Assembly: GCA_032560535.1 (NCBI GenBank)
Contig: JAWGIA010000003.1
Location: forward strand, 10,842 to 74,841
Length of the DNA stretch: 64,000 nucleotides
Origin: Streptococcus parasanguinis
Lineage (GTDB): Bacteria; Bacillota; Bacilli; Lactobacillales; Streptococcaceae
Direction: 5' to 3'
Shown: positions 7,522 to 17,440 of the stretch, piece by piece
How positions within the stretch are numbered: the stretch's first letter is position 1
Layout of the letters: each line of letters begins with the position of its first letter
Notes under the pieces: model-generated
Databases searched by the model: none
Told to the model about the DNA's origin: nothing
The model's input: only the letters and a program-made list of their open reading frames with translations
Program-made: the position numbers and the translations under genes

Positions 7522-9748
7522 AGACCTTCCTTTTTCGCTTGTCCATCTCGCCTTTTTGCTCCTATGGCTGTATTTTAGTATCTATCAACCATCTTGGCTT
7601 TCAATCATCGGTCTAGTAGTAGTGGGAATTTTAGCGGTTCATCACTATAAAGGGGATCGCTCAAGTTTGCTAGGGCTTGCTTTAGCAACCCTTTGTTTTG
7701 CGGCCTTCTTTGTCTTTCAGCGACTACAGGATCATCCAGTACAAGCAGAAAGTCAGCCCCCATCCCACTTACGCCTGATTCCAGATACCATCAAGATCAA
7801 TGGGGACGCCCTGTCTTTTCGTGCTAAAAATCAGGGAAGAACCTATCAAGTCTTCTACACTTTAAAATCAGAAAAAGAAAAACAGCAGTGGCAAAGTCAA
7901 ACCCACTTGCTGGAGTTGACATATAAAGGTGTTATAGAAGAACCAGAAGGGCAGCGAAATTTTAGAGGATTCGACTACAGGTCTTATTTGCAAACACAGG
8001 GGATTCACTATCAAATAAAAATTGAAGCGATCCAATCTGCTCTCCCTATACAGACTTGGAATGTTTTCGATTGCCTATCTCAATGGAGGCGCCAAGCCAT
8101 TGTTTGGAGCAAGGAGCACTTTCCACAGCCGATGAACCAGTATATGACCGGCCTTCTTTTTGGCTATTTAGATACGGATTTTGAAGAGATGGACCAGCTT
8201 TACACGAGTTTAGGAATCATCCATTTATTCGCCTTATCTGGGATGCAGGTTGGCTTTTTCATCAATGGGATCCGGAAAGCTCTCTTACGTCTAGGAATCT
8301 TGCAAGAAACAGTTGATATCTGGATGGTTCCAATTTCTTTGGTCTATGCTGGCTTGACAGGTTTTTCAGTTTCAGTGGTTCGCAGTCTCTTGCAAAAGAT
8401 CCTCTCTCAAAAAGGGATCCGAGGGATGGAGAATATGGCGATGACCTTGCTGCTTTTAATGTTTCTCATGCCCAAGTTTCTCCTGACAGCTGGAGGAGTT
8501 TTGAGTTGTGCCTATGCCTTTATTTTGACCTTGGTAGATACCAGTTCTTATTCAGGACTTAAAAAGATACTAGTGGAAAGTTTCTGGATTAGCCTGGGGA
8601 TTTTGCCTCTTTTGACCTATTACTTTAGTGTCTTTCAACCCTGGTCACTCCCTTTAACCTTCCTCTTTTCTTTCTTATTTGACCTTGTCCTTCTTCCGGG
8701 TTTAACGGTGCTATTTATCTTATCGATTCTAAAGCCCCTTACAATTTTTAACAGTTTCTTTCTTCTCATAGAGGAGTGTATTCGTTGGATTGCAAAGCTC
8801 ACGTCGCTACCTTTGGTATTTGGTCAGCCGACGGGACCAGCTCTGATTTCTCTCTTCCTTCTTTTAGGGATCTTGTATGATCTTCGAAAGCAAAAAAAAC
8901 GTCGTTTCCTGTTAATAGGTATGATTCTACTCATCTTTTGTTGGACCAAGCATCCTTTAGAAAATGAGATTACCATGGTGGATATCGGTCAAGGAGACAG
9001 TATCTTTTTACGCGATTGGAAAGGAAGAACCATATTGATTGATGTCGGAGGACGTGTCACTTTTAAAAGTGGAGAAAAGTGGCAAGAGCGCAGTCAATCT
9101 GCCAATGCGGATCAAACCTTGATTCCTTATCTCAAGAGTCGAGGTGTTGGAAAACTCGATGCGCTGGTCTTGACTCATACAGACCAGGACCATATGGGCG
9201 ATATGGTGGAGGTTGCCAAACAAATCCCAGTTAATAAAGTGTATGTCAGTCCAGGTAGTCTAACCAATTCTCAATTTCGAGAGAAATTGAAACAGCTTCA
9301 TAGCCCGATTAAAGTAGTCCAGAGAGGGGATCAACTTCCTATTTTTGATCATCATCTAGAAGTCTTATCCCCTGATGAAGTGGGGGATGGTAAAAATGAT
9401 GACTCGATTGTCCTCTATGGGCAGTTCTATCAGAAACGATTTTTGTTCACGGGTGATTTGGAAGAAGCTGGAGAGAAAAAACTATTGGAAAACGATCCGC
9501 AATTACAAGTAGATGTCTTGAAAGTAGGCCACCACGGTTCTAAAGGTTCCTCTAGTGATGTGTTTTTAGATCAGTTACATCCTCAGTTGGCCTTGATCTC
9601 TGTTGGAAAGAAAAATCGCTACCAACATCCCCATAAAGAATTGCTCGATCGTCTAGAGGAACGCTCTATTTCTTATCTTCGTACCGATGAAAGGGGAGCA
9701 ATTCGCTTGATTGGGTGGGACCATTGGAGGGTAGAAACGGTCCGCTAG
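7502..9748 (+). CDS. comEC: DNA internalisation competence protein ComEC/Rec2
   Basis: 748 aa, polytopic membrane protein with a C-terminal metallo-beta-lactamase fold (LTHTDQDH, HHGS). It overlaps comEA by 20 nt. Confidence 0.9.
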   Translation: MLSRWIKDLPFSLVHLAFLLLWLYFSIYQPSWLSIIGLVVVGILAVHHYKGDRSSLLGLALATLCFAAFFVFQRLQDHPVQAESQPPSHLRLIPDTIKINGDALSFRAKNQGRTYQVFYTLKSEKEKQQWQSQTHLLELTYKGVIEEPEGQRNFRGFDYRSYLQTQGIHYQIKIEAIQSALPIQTWNVFDCLSQWRRQAIVWSKEHFPQPMNQYMTGLLFGYLDTDFEEMDQLYTSLGIIHLFALSGMQVGFFINGIRKALLRLGILQETVDIWMVPISLVYAGLTGFSVSVVRSLLQKILSQKGIRGMENMAMTLLLLMFLMPKFLLTAGGVLSCAYAFILTLVDTSSYSGLKKILVESFWISLGILPLLTYYFSVFQPWSLPLTFLFSFLFDLVLLPGLTVLFILSILKPLTIFNSFFLLIEECIRWIAKLTSLPLVFGQPTGPALISLFLLLGILYDLRKQKKRRFLLIGMILLIFCWTKHPLENEITMVDIGQGDSIFLRDWKGRTILIDVGGRVTFKSGEKWQERSQSANADQTLIPYLKSRGVGKLDALVLTHTDQDHMGDMVEVAKQIPVNKVYVSPGSLTNSQFREKLKQLHSPIKVVQRGDQLPIFDHHLEVLSPDEVGDGKNDDSIVLYGQFYQKRFLFTGDLEEAGEKKLLENDPQLQVDVLKVGHHGSKGSSSDVFLDQLHPQLALISVGKKNRYQHPHKELLDRLEERSISYLRTDERGAIRLIGWDHWRVETVR

Positions 9749-9823
9749 AGACGAGGAGAGGTTTGCTTTCTATGCTGAAAATTGCTATTATAGAAAGTGA
9801 AATCAATGTAAAGGTAAAATCGT

Positions 9824-10426
9824 ATGAACGCATTTAAGCAATTTTGGATACAGTATGCAGATTTTTCAAGTAAGACCAGTCGGGCCCATTTTTGGCTAGC
9901 TTTTTTCTGGAATTCCCTGATTTCTTTGCCTCTTTGGGTTTTTTACATCGTGACCTCTTTATCCCATCAAAATGCTCAAGAAACGCTCAATTTTTCAACT
10001 GTTCATTCTAAGACAGGTTTATGGGCGCTCGCTTTCTTAGCATTCTTTTACTTCCTCATTTTGGTACCCAGTCAAGCCATTTGTGTACGTCGCTTGCGGG
10101 ATGCGGGAATCCATTGGTCTTGGATCTTTTTGAACCTTGGTCCGGTTCTGCTCTATTTGTTGACGGGGCTAGATATTTTCCTATTTCTTTGGGGGATTAC
10201 AGTTATTTCTCTCTTGATTCTCATGATGCTTCCAGGGAAAAACACCTTCCCACAACCAGTAGAAACTCCTATGGGAGTGGCTTCTGAACCACAGGTCACA
10301 GCGACAGGGGGGAGCTTTGGAGGCAACTCGTTTGAGCAAATCCCTAATTTTGTAGCAGCACCTGATTTGTCTGATGAAAAACCACCATTGGAACAAAGAA
10401 TGGCTGCTGAACACGAAATCCACTAA
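9824..10426 (+). CDS. DUF805 family membrane protein
   Basis: Motifs FSSKTSRAHFW and CVRRLRDAGIHWSW, with 4-5 TM helices. Confidence 0.7.
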   Translation: MNAFKQFWIQYADFSSKTSRAHFWLAFFWNSLISLPLWVFYIVTSLSHQNAQETLNFSTVHSKTGLWALAFLAFFYFLILVPSQAICVRRLRDAGIHWSWIFLNLGPVLLYLLTGLDIFLFLWGITVISLLILMMLPGKNTFPQPVETPMGVASEPQVTATGGSFGGNSFEQIPNFVAAPDLSDEKPPLEQRMAAEHEIH

Positions 10427-10449
10427 AGTGATAAAGATAAGAGAGTTTC

Positions 10450-11484
10450 ATGCAAGCAATTACCGACATTAAACATCTGACGGTTCAAACTCTGCCTCCT
10501 ATTCTTGTCTTGACGGGTGAGGATGTAGGTCAATTTGAATGGTTAAAAAAAGACATTTTAAAAAAAATAGGCTATGATCCCTCAGATTTGAATTATTCTT
10601 ATTTTGATATGAAGGAAGCCTCCTATGCTGAAGTCGAGCTGGATTTGGTCAGTCTTCCCTTTTTTGCAGATGAAAAAATCGTGATTTTGGATCACTTATT
10701 GGATTTGACCACTGCCAAAAAACGCAATTTAACCGATGAAGATCTGAAGCAATTTGAAAATTATCTGGAAAATCCTTCTGAATCAACCCGTTTGGTGATA
10801 TTTGCAGAAGGAAAATTAGATAGTAAGCGTCGCTTAGTCAAACTCCTAAAACGGGATGCCCAGATCATTGAAGCAACAACACCTAAAGAGCAAGATTTAA
10901 AGCGTTATTTTGCAAGTCAGGCCCAAGAATTGGGCTTGCAGTTTGTGGGCGATTCCTTGGACCAGTTGCTCTTAAAATCTGGCTATGATTTTGGAGAGTT
11001 ACAGAAGAATCTCGCTCTGTTGCAGGCTTATAAAGAAGATGGTCAGATTACCCTCCAAGATATCAAGGAGGTTGTTCCAAAGTCCTTGCAAGATAATATT
11101 TTTGATCTGACACAGATGATTCTCAAACGCCAAATCGATCAAGCCCGGAATTTGGTTAAGGATCTCCGCTTACAAGGAGAAGATGAAATAAAATTGATCG
11201 CTATTTTGTTGGGACAATTCCGAATGTTTTCTCAAGTTAAAATTTTCTCAGAAGAAGGCCAATCCGAAAGCCAAATTGTAGCGAGCTTGTCGGAGTTGTC
11301 AGGACGCAAGGTCAATCCTTATCAGGTGAAGTTTGCCTTACGGGATAGCCGCAGGCTTTCCTTGTCCTTTTTGAAGCAAGCTATGATAACCTTCATCGAG
11401 ACGGATTATGCGATTAAAAGTGGAACATATGAAAAAGACTACTTATTTGATTTGGCCCTGTTGAAAGTAGCTAATAACGTCTAA
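10450..11484 (+). CDS. holA: DNA polymerase III delta subunit
   Basis: 344 aa. The N-terminus (PILVLTGEDVGQFE) and helical C-terminal domains look delta-like, and the position after comEC is typical of streptococci. Confidence 0.75.
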   Translation: MQAITDIKHLTVQTLPPILVLTGEDVGQFEWLKKDILKKIGYDPSDLNYSYFDMKEASYAEVELDLVSLPFFADEKIVILDHLLDLTTAKKRNLTDEDLKQFENYLENPSESTRLVIFAEGKLDSKRRLVKLLKRDAQIIEATTPKEQDLKRYFASQAQELGLQFVGDSLDQLLLKSGYDFGELQKNLALLQAYKEDGQITLQDIKEVVPKSLQDNIFDLTQMILKRQIDQARNLVKDLRLQGEDEIKLIAILLGQFRMFSQVKIFSEEGQSESQIVASLSELSGRKVNPYQVKFALRDSRRLSLSFLKQAMITFIETDYAIKSGTYEKDYLFDLALLKVANNV

Positions 11485-11511
11485 CGATGAATGAAATCGC
11501 AAGCAGATTAG

Positions 11512-11540
11512 TTGAATAATTTAGCTGTTTACGTTATCAT
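11512..11540 (+). promoter_or_regulatory. sodA promoter
   Basis: TTGAAT 11512-11517, 17-nt spacer, TATCAT 11535-11540. Confidence 0.55.
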
Positions 11541-11572
11541 CAAGTCAGTAATAAAGAAAAGAGGACCATAAA

Positions 11573-12178
11573 ATGGCTATCATTTTACCAGAATTACCAT
11601 ATGCTTATGATGCATTGGAACCTTATATCGATGAAGAGACCATGCATTTGCACCATGATAAACACCATCAAACATATGTAAACAATGTGAATGCAGCTCT
11701 TGAAAAACATCCTGAAATTGGAGAAGACCTTGAAAGCTTGTTAGCTGATGTTGAATCCATTCCAGCTGACATTCGCCAAGCTGTGATCAACAATGGTGGT
11801 GGTCATTTGAACCACGCTCTTTTCTGGGAATTGATGACTCCAGAACAAACAGCTCCTTCAGCAGAACTTGCTGCAGCGATTGATGCTACATTTGGTTCAT
11901 TTGAAGACTTCAAAGCAGCCTTCACAGCAGCAGCAACGACACGTTTTGGTTCTGGCTGGGCATGGTTGGTTGTCAACAAAGAAGGCAAACTCGAAGTAAC
12001 TTCAACAGCAAACCAAGATACACCAATCTCTGAAGGTAAAACACCAATCCTTGGTTTGGATGTTTGGGAACATGCCTACTATGTAAAATACCGTAACGTA
12101 CGTCCTGACTACATCAAAGCTTTCTTCTCAGTGATCAACTGGAATAAAGTTAATGAATTGTTTGCAGCAGCAAAATAA
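11573..12178 (+). CDS. sodA: Superoxide dismutase [Mn/Fe]
   Basis: Motifs [19 protein letters not shown] and DVWEHAYY. Confidence 0.97.
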   Translation: MAIILPELPYAYDALEPYIDEETMHLHHDKHHQTYVNNVNAALEKHPEIGEDLESLLADVESIPADIRQAVINNGGGHLNHALFWELMTPEQTAPSAELAAAIDATFGSFEDFKAAFTAAATTRFGSGWAWLVVNKEGKLEVTSTANQDTPISEGKTPILGLDVWEHAYYVKYRNVRPDYIKAFFSVINWNKVNELFAAAK

Positions 12179-12190
12179 TAAAATGAAGGA

Positions 12191-12228
12191 ATCTATAAGA
12201 GCAAGTATTGGCTCTTATAGATTTTTTA
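12191..12228 (+). terminator. Rho-independent terminator after sodA
   Basis: ATCTATAAGAGC (12191-12202) pairs with GCTCTTATAGAT (12211-12222), 12-bp perfect stem, then TTTTTT. Confidence 0.85.
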
Positions 12229-12387
12229 TTTGCATCCGGAAAATCGGAGTATAAATTCTTGCGTTTGGTCAGGAAAATGATACACTAGTAGGAGTGTGTC
12301 TGACTTGTCTGAAGCCTGGTTTGAAGGGCCTAGGCAAGGAAAAGATAAACCTTAAAATGAAAACTGAAACATTCAGGGAGAAATGAA

Positions 12388-13860
12388 ATGACTAGTATTA
12401 CCATTACTAAAGGAGCCGTTGAGACGCCTATCTATTTGCGGATGTTGAATCGTCATGGTTTGATTGCAGGTGCAACAGGAACAGGAAAAACGGTTACTCT
12501 CAAGGTCCTAACAGAAAAATTAAGCAAAGAAGGTATTCCGGTCTTTCTAGCCGATATCAAGGGAGATTTATCTGGCTTAGCCAAAGCCGGGCAATGGACG
12601 CCAAAACTGGAAGAACGCTACAAGCTTCTTGGGATCACAGATCCGTTTGAGCCACAAGCTTTCCCTGTTCGATTGTGGGACGTCTTTGGCCAAGCTGGTC
12701 ATCCTGTTCGGGCGACTGTCGAAGGGATGGGGTCATTGCTTCTTTCTCGTCTGCTTGATTTGAATGAAACCCAATCAGGAATTCTCGCAATTGTCTTTAA
12801 AGTGGCCCAAGAGAAAGATTGGCCCTTGATTGATTTGAAGGACCTACAAAGCCTTTTAAAGGAAGTCTATGAGCACAGTTCAGACTATTCAGCCCAATAT
12901 GGCAATATCACCAAACAATCTGTCGGAGCCATCCAAAGAAGTCTCTTGGTTCTTGAAGAAGAAGGAGCAGATCAGTTTTTCGGAGAGCCAGCACTTGATT
13001 TAAATGATTTCATGCAACTCGATGCATCTGGTCGTGGGTATATCAATATTCTTTCGGCTACAAAGCTCTTTCATTCACCAAAATTGTACTCAACCTTTTT
13101 GATTTGGATGCTGTCTCGTCTTTTTGAAACACTTCCAGAGGTTGGGGATCCTGAAAAGCCAAAACTGGTCTTCTTCTTTGATGAAGCGCATCTCCTCTTT
13201 AAGGATGCAAGCAAGCTCTTTCTTGAGAAGGTCGAGCAAGTGGTACGCCTGATTCGTTCTAAGGGTGTAGGGATTTACTTTATTACCCAGAATCCTCAAG
13301 ATCTTCCAGAATCTGTTTTGGCACAGCTTGGAAATCGTGTTCAGCATGCGCTTCGAGCTTATACACCCAAAGAAATGAAGGCGATTAAGGTGGCTGCCCA
13401 AAGTTTTCGTCCGAATCCAGATTTTGATACAGAAACAGTGATCACAGAGTTAGGGACAGGGGAAGCCTTGGTTTCTTTCCTCAATGAAAAGGGACAGCCT
13501 AGTGTGGTTGAGCGTGCTTATATTCTCTCTCCTCAATCGAGTTTTGACCTCTTAAATGAAAGTGAACAATTGGCCTTGATCACGACATCGCCTTTCCATC
13601 AAAAGTATGCGACGACGATTGATCGAGAATCTGCCTATGAAAAATTAGCAGCTAAAGCAAGTAAGGAAGCACAAGAAAAAGAGCAAAAAGAAGCAGAAAA
13701 GGAAGAGGCTGCAGCAGATAAGGCAGCTCAAAAACGTAGTCCAGGTCGTCCAAGAAAATCCAGTCTTGAAAAGGCGAAAGATTCTTTCTTGAGTTCCTTA
13801 TTCCGGACGATTGCGCGTGAGATCGCTAAGCTAATTATGGGCTCCTTTAAACGGAAATAA
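12388..13860 (+). CDS. HerA-like P-loop ATPase, DUF853 (YjgR-like)
   Basis: 490 aa with Walker A GATGTGKT, Walker B-like VFFFDEAH, and a lysine-rich C-terminal tail. Confidence 0.75.
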   Translation: MTSITITKGAVETPIYLRMLNRHGLIAGATGTGKTVTLKVLTEKLSKEGIPVFLADIKGDLSGLAKAGQWTPKLEERYKLLGITDPFEPQAFPVRLWDVFGQAGHPVRATVEGMGSLLLSRLLDLNETQSGILAIVFKVAQEKDWPLIDLKDLQSLLKEVYEHSSDYSAQYGNITKQSVGAIQRSLLVLEEEGADQFFGEPALDLNDFMQLDASGRGYINILSATKLFHSPKLYSTFLIWMLSRLFETLPEVGDPEKPKLVFFFDEAHLLFKDASKLFLEKVEQVVRLIRSKGVGIYFITQNPQDLPESVLAQLGNRVQHALRAYTPKEMKAIKVAAQSFRPNPDFDTETVITELGTGEALVSFLNEKGQPSVVERAYILSPQSSFDLLNESEQLALITTSPFHQKYATTIDRESAYEKLAAKASKEAQEKEQKEAEKEEAAADKAAQKRSPGRPRKSSLEKAKDSFLSSLFRTIAREIAKLIMGSFKRK

Positions 13861-13920
13861 GCCTTTTATGAAAAGAAAAAAACTTTTTAAAAAGAAACCG
13901 TTTTCTCTTTCTGATAATTC

Positions 13921-13949
13921 TTGTTATTTTCAGTAGAATCTTTTATAAT
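13921..13949 (+). promoter_or_regulatory. Promoter very close to the start codon of the hydrolase gene
   Basis: TTGTTA 13921-13926, 17-nt spacer, TATAAT 13944-13949. The ATG at 13959 is only 9 nt downstream and has no SD. Confidence 0.5.
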
Positions 13950-13958
13950 TAATCTCGT

Positions 13959-15026
13959 ATGAAAAAATATTTTAATCTACGCTCGATCATGATTGCGGTC
14001 AGTATTTTATTGTGCTTAGTGGGAACAAGCGCACTGGGCTACTTGCATGTTACGCAACCAACAGCATCAGCAATTGAAAAAAAAGCAAAGAAAACAAAAG
14101 AAGCAAAAGAACAAGATATCGAAAAGTCTACCCCTGAGACGAAAAAACCGCGTGTCAAATCTCCTGAAGCTAAGCAAGCAGTAGTAGATGCAGACATGGA
14201 AACGATGAGTGCTTATGGCCTTGTCTATGATTATGCTAATAAAGGCTTGGTAGAGGTTGTTCAGGATTTCCTAGCGGAAAGTGGAATTGATCCGTCACAA
14301 GTTGCCTTTACCTATCGCAATGCCATTACTGGAGAGCAATTTGCCATGAATGATCTTCAACCAATGACGGCAGGTAGTACCTATAAGCTACCCTTGAACA
14401 TGTTGGTGGTGGATGAAGTCGCAAAGGGCAAACTGAATTTAACAGACCGGTTTGACATTACCAACACCTACTATGAATATGTAGGGGAGCATGACAATTA
14501 CGTTGCTGCCTTTGATGGAGCTATGTCTATCCCTGATATGCAGCGCTATTCATTGGTTTACTCTGAAAATACCCCAGCCTATGCTTTGGCAGATCGTTTA
14601 GGGGGGATGGAGCAAGCGCGTAAGTTGTTTAGTCGCTATGGTCAATCCCGTTCACCAGAAGTCAAAACCTTTAGCGAAGATAATAAAACGACAACGGATT
14701 ATTACATCCATGTCTTGGAATATCTTTGGAATCATCAAGAAAAATATGCAGATTTACTAGAACTGATCGGGGAGTCTTTCCCAGGTGAGTACTATAAGAA
14801 ATTCTTGCCAGATTTGGTGATTCAACAAAAACCAGGGTATGTTGCTGAAGCACTTAATGTGGATGCGATTGTCCGTGAATCGACTCCTTATTTGGTTGCC
14901 ATTTACACTGCAGGACTTGGAGGTACGACTCCAGAAAGTTCTGAAATCAGTGGCGTTGGTCTTTATCAATTGGGACAATTGGCTTATGTTATCAATGAAT
15001 GGCATCGTGTCAATATGAATGAATAA
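13959..15026 (+). CDS. Membrane-anchored serine hydrolase (class A beta-lactamase-related)
   Basis: N-terminal TM, lysine-rich linker, SxxK motif STYK (AGSTYKLPLNM). Confidence 0.6.
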   Translation: MKKYFNLRSIMIAVSILLCLVGTSALGYLHVTQPTASAIEKKAKKTKEAKEQDIEKSTPETKKPRVKSPEAKQAVVDADMETMSAYGLVYDYANKGLVEVVQDFLAESGIDPSQVAFTYRNAITGEQFAMNDLQPMTAGSTYKLPLNMLVVDEVAKGKLNLTDRFDITNTYYEYVGEHDNYVAAFDGAMSIPDMQRYSLVYSENTPAYALADRLGGMEQARKLFSRYGQSRSPEVKTFSEDNKTTTDYYIHVLEYLWNHQEKYADLLELIGESFPGEYYKKFLPDLVIQQKPGYVAEALNVDAIVRESTPYLVAIYTAGLGGTTPESSEISGVGLYQLGQLAYVINEWHRVNMNE

Positions 15027-15034
15027 TCGACAGA

Positions 15035-15062
15035 AGGTCTGAGGGTTGCTCAGGCCTTTTAT
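15035..15062 (+). terminator. Rho-independent terminator
   Basis: AGGTCTGAG-ggttg-CTCAGGCCT (one G-U pair) then TTTT. Confidence 0.65.
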
Positions 15063-15185
15063 TCTATCAAAGTAGGATGAAATTCACTTGGTGTTTCGAA
15101 TTACTTTTCTGTTCTAAAGAGACTTCTTTCCCTTTTCTATAAAAAGTATGTTATACTACTAATAGTAATAAGAGGAAGTATAGAC

Positions 15186-15875
15186 ATGATTACAAAGGAA
15201 GATTACCAGTTGCTCCGCTCGCATCCAGCCTTTTCTGCGCTACCAGTGGAGCTATTTGATAAATTAGCTGTTGAAATTCATGCCAGGGATATCCCTAAAG
15301 GACAAATTTTATTTTATGCAGGAGATAGGCGAGAGCGCATTTTTCTTCTGACAAAAGGCTTTGCTCGTATTGAGCAATTTGATTCGTCTGACCAATTCTC
15401 CTATATGGATTATATTAAGAAGGGGGCTCTGTTCCCTTATGGTGGGATGTTCCAGGATGAGCGTTACCACTATACAGCTAGTGCGGTGACGGATTTGCGT
15501 TGTTTCGTGATTCCCGTCAACCTCTATGAATTATATGCCCAAGAGAGTAAGGAGCAGTTGCTCTTTATTATGAGAAAGCTCTCCTCCATCCTAGAATTTC
15601 AAGAGTTGCGCTTGCGCAATGTCGTGACAGCTAGTGCCAGTGAGCGCGTGATTCAATCCTTAGCCATTCTGTGCAAGGACTATGAAGGTCTAGGAAATCA
15701 GCTTCCATTTCCAATTAGTATGAAGGAAATGGCCAAATTAGCAGCCACAACTAGAGAAACCGTCAATCAAGTTTTAAAGAAACTCATCGATTCTCATAAG
15801 ATCCAGTATGAGAGAAAACAACTAACTTTTCTAGATACAGCCTACTTTTTAAAAAGTTTTGAAGAGATCAACTAA
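15186..15875 (+). CDS. flp: Crp/Fnr family transcriptional regulator (Flp-like, upstream of arc operon)
   Basis: 229 aa with an N-terminal cNMP-binding-like fold and a C-terminal HTH (TRETVNQVLKKL). The position immediately upstream of arcA matches my recollection of the S. gordonii ADS locus. Confidence 0.7.
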   Translation: MITKEDYQLLRSHPAFSALPVELFDKLAVEIHARDIPKGQILFYAGDRRERIFLLTKGFARIEQFDSSDQFSYMDYIKKGALFPYGGMFQDERYHYTASAVTDLRCFVIPVNLYELYAQESKEQLLFIMRKLSSILEFQELRLRNVVTASASERVIQSLAILCKDYEGLGNQLPFPISMKEMAKLAATTRETVNQVLKKLIDSHKIQYERKQLTFLDTAYFLKSFEEIN

Positions 15876-15893
15876 TTCGTTGATCTTTTTTTA
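15865..15893 (+). terminator. Rho-independent terminator overlapping the flp stop
   Basis: AGATCAAC-taattc-GTTGATCT followed by TTTTTTT. Confidence 0.7.
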
Positions 15894-16031
15894 TTTTTTA
15901 CAAAAAAATATATATTCATAAAAATAATATAAAAGGCAAAATATGCAAAGAGAACGCTTCATATTAACTAAAAAATAGGAAGGATTCAAAAAAACGCCAA
16001 ATTCTTTGCATTCAAAAAGTAGAATCCTTTG

Positions 16032-16045
16032 TGAAAGCGGTACCA
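16032..16045 (+). promoter_or_regulatory. cre (CcpA catabolite-responsive element) in the arcA promoter
   Basis: TGAAAGCGGTACCA versus consensus TGWAANCGNTNWCA, one mismatch. It lies just upstream of or overlapping the -35 region. Confidence 0.6.
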
Positions 16046-16050
16046 ATTGG

Positions 16051-16059
16051 TGATAAAAT
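16051..16059 (+). promoter_or_regulatory. Extended -10 of the arcA promoter
   Basis: TGaTAAAAT, about 55 nt upstream of the arcA ATG. Confidence 0.55.
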
Positions 16060-16115
16060 AAAACCTGTAAACAGGATTAGCTATGCTAAACCGCAAGAAA
16101 AAAGGAGGACTATAG

Positions 16116-17345
16116 ATGTCTACACACCCAATTCATGTTTTCTCAGAAATTGGAAAACTGAAAAAAGTTTGTTTGCACCGTCCAGGTAAAGAGTTGGAAA
16201 ACTTGATGCCTGACTATCTTGAACGTCTTCTTTTTGATGATATTCCATTCTTGGAAGATGCTCAAAAAGAACACGACGCATTTGCTGAAGCACTTCGTAA
16301 CGAAGGAATCGAAGTACTTTATCTTGAACAGTTGGCTGCTGAGTCATTGACTTCTCCAGAAATTCGCGATCAGTTCATCGAAGAATACCTTGAAGAAGCG
16401 AACATTCGTGGACGCCAAACAAAAATTGCGATCCGTGAATTGCTTCACAGCATTGAAGACAACCAAGAATTGGTTGAAAAAACAATGGAAGGGGTTCAAA
16501 AAGCTGAACTTCCAGAAATTCCTGAAGAAGCAAAAGGATTGACAGACCTTGTTGAATCTGACTACCCATTTGCGATCGACCCAATGACAAACTTGTACTT
16601 CACACGTGACCCATTTGCAACAATTGGTAATGCAGTATCATTGAACCACATGTACGCAGATACACGTAACCGTGAAACTTTGTATGGTAAATACATCTTC
16701 AAATACCACCCAGTTTACGGTGGAAAAGTTGAACTTGTCTACAACCGTGAAGAAGATACTCGTATCGAAGGTGGAGATGAGTTGGTACTTTCTAAAGATG
16801 TATTGGCAGTTGGTATCTCACAACGTACTGATGCTGCATCAATCGAAAAATTGTTGGTAAACATCTTCAAGAAGAACGTTGGCTTCAAGAAAGTATTGGC
16901 CTTCGAATTTGCTAACAACCGTAAATTCATGCACTTGGATACAGTATTCACAATGGTGGACTACGATAAATTCACAATCCACCCAGAAATCCAAGGTAAC
17001 CTTCGCGTCTTCTCTGTAACTTATGAAAACGAACAATTGAAGATCGTTGAAGAAAAAGGTGATTTGGCTGAATTGCTTGCTGAAAACCTTGGTGTTGAAA
17101 AAGTTACATTGATTCCATGTGGAGGTGGCAACGTCGTTGCTGCTGCACGTGAACAATGGAACGACGGATCAAATACTCTTACAATCGCACCAGGTGTGGT
17201 AGTAGTATACGACCGTAACACTGTTACCAACAAGAAATTAGAAGAATACGGACTTCGTTTGATTAAGATCCGCGGAAGTGAATTGGTTCGCGGTCGTGGT
17301 GGACCTCGTTGTATGTCAATGCCATTCGAACGTGAAGAAATCTAA
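16116..17345 (+). CDS. arcA: Arginine deiminase
   Basis: 409 aa with FTRDPF and the C-terminal catalytic region GGPRCMSMP. Confidence 0.97.
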   Translation: MSTHPIHVFSEIGKLKKVCLHRPGKELENLMPDYLERLLFDDIPFLEDAQKEHDAFAEALRNEGIEVLYLEQLAAESLTSPEIRDQFIEEYLEEANIRGRQTKIAIRELLHSIEDNQELVEKTMEGVQKAELPEIPEEAKGLTDLVESDYPFAIDPMTNLYFTRDPFATIGNAVSLNHMYADTRNRETLYGKYIFKYHPVYGGKVELVYNREEDTRIEGGDELVLSKDVLAVGISQRTDAASIEKLLVNIFKKNVGFKKVLAFEFANNRKFMHLDTVFTMVDYDKFTIHPEIQGNLRVFSVTYENEQLKIVEEKGDLAELLAENLGVEKVTLIPCGGGNVVAAAREQWNDGSNTLTIAPGVVVVYDRNTVTNKKLEEYGLRLIKIRGSELVRGRGGPRCMSMPFEREEI

Positions 17346-17366
17346 TCATCCTTCTATAGGTTAGAC

Positions 17367-17390
17367 GGGCTCAGTGTCTAAACTGAGCCC
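17367..17390 (+). other. Intercistronic hairpin without U-tract (arcA-arcB)
   Basis: GGGCTCAG (17367-17374) pairs with CTGAGCCC (17383-17390). No T-run follows. Confidence 0.5.
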
Positions 17391-17440
17391 TCTAAACTGG
17401 TTGACAGGATCCAATCAAGCATAATAAAAGGAGATAATTA

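Noticed and set aside
8892-8899. A8 homopolymer inside comEC
   Set aside because: The reading frame is intact across it, and tracts of this length are common in AT-rich coding DNA. Nothing indicates phase variation.
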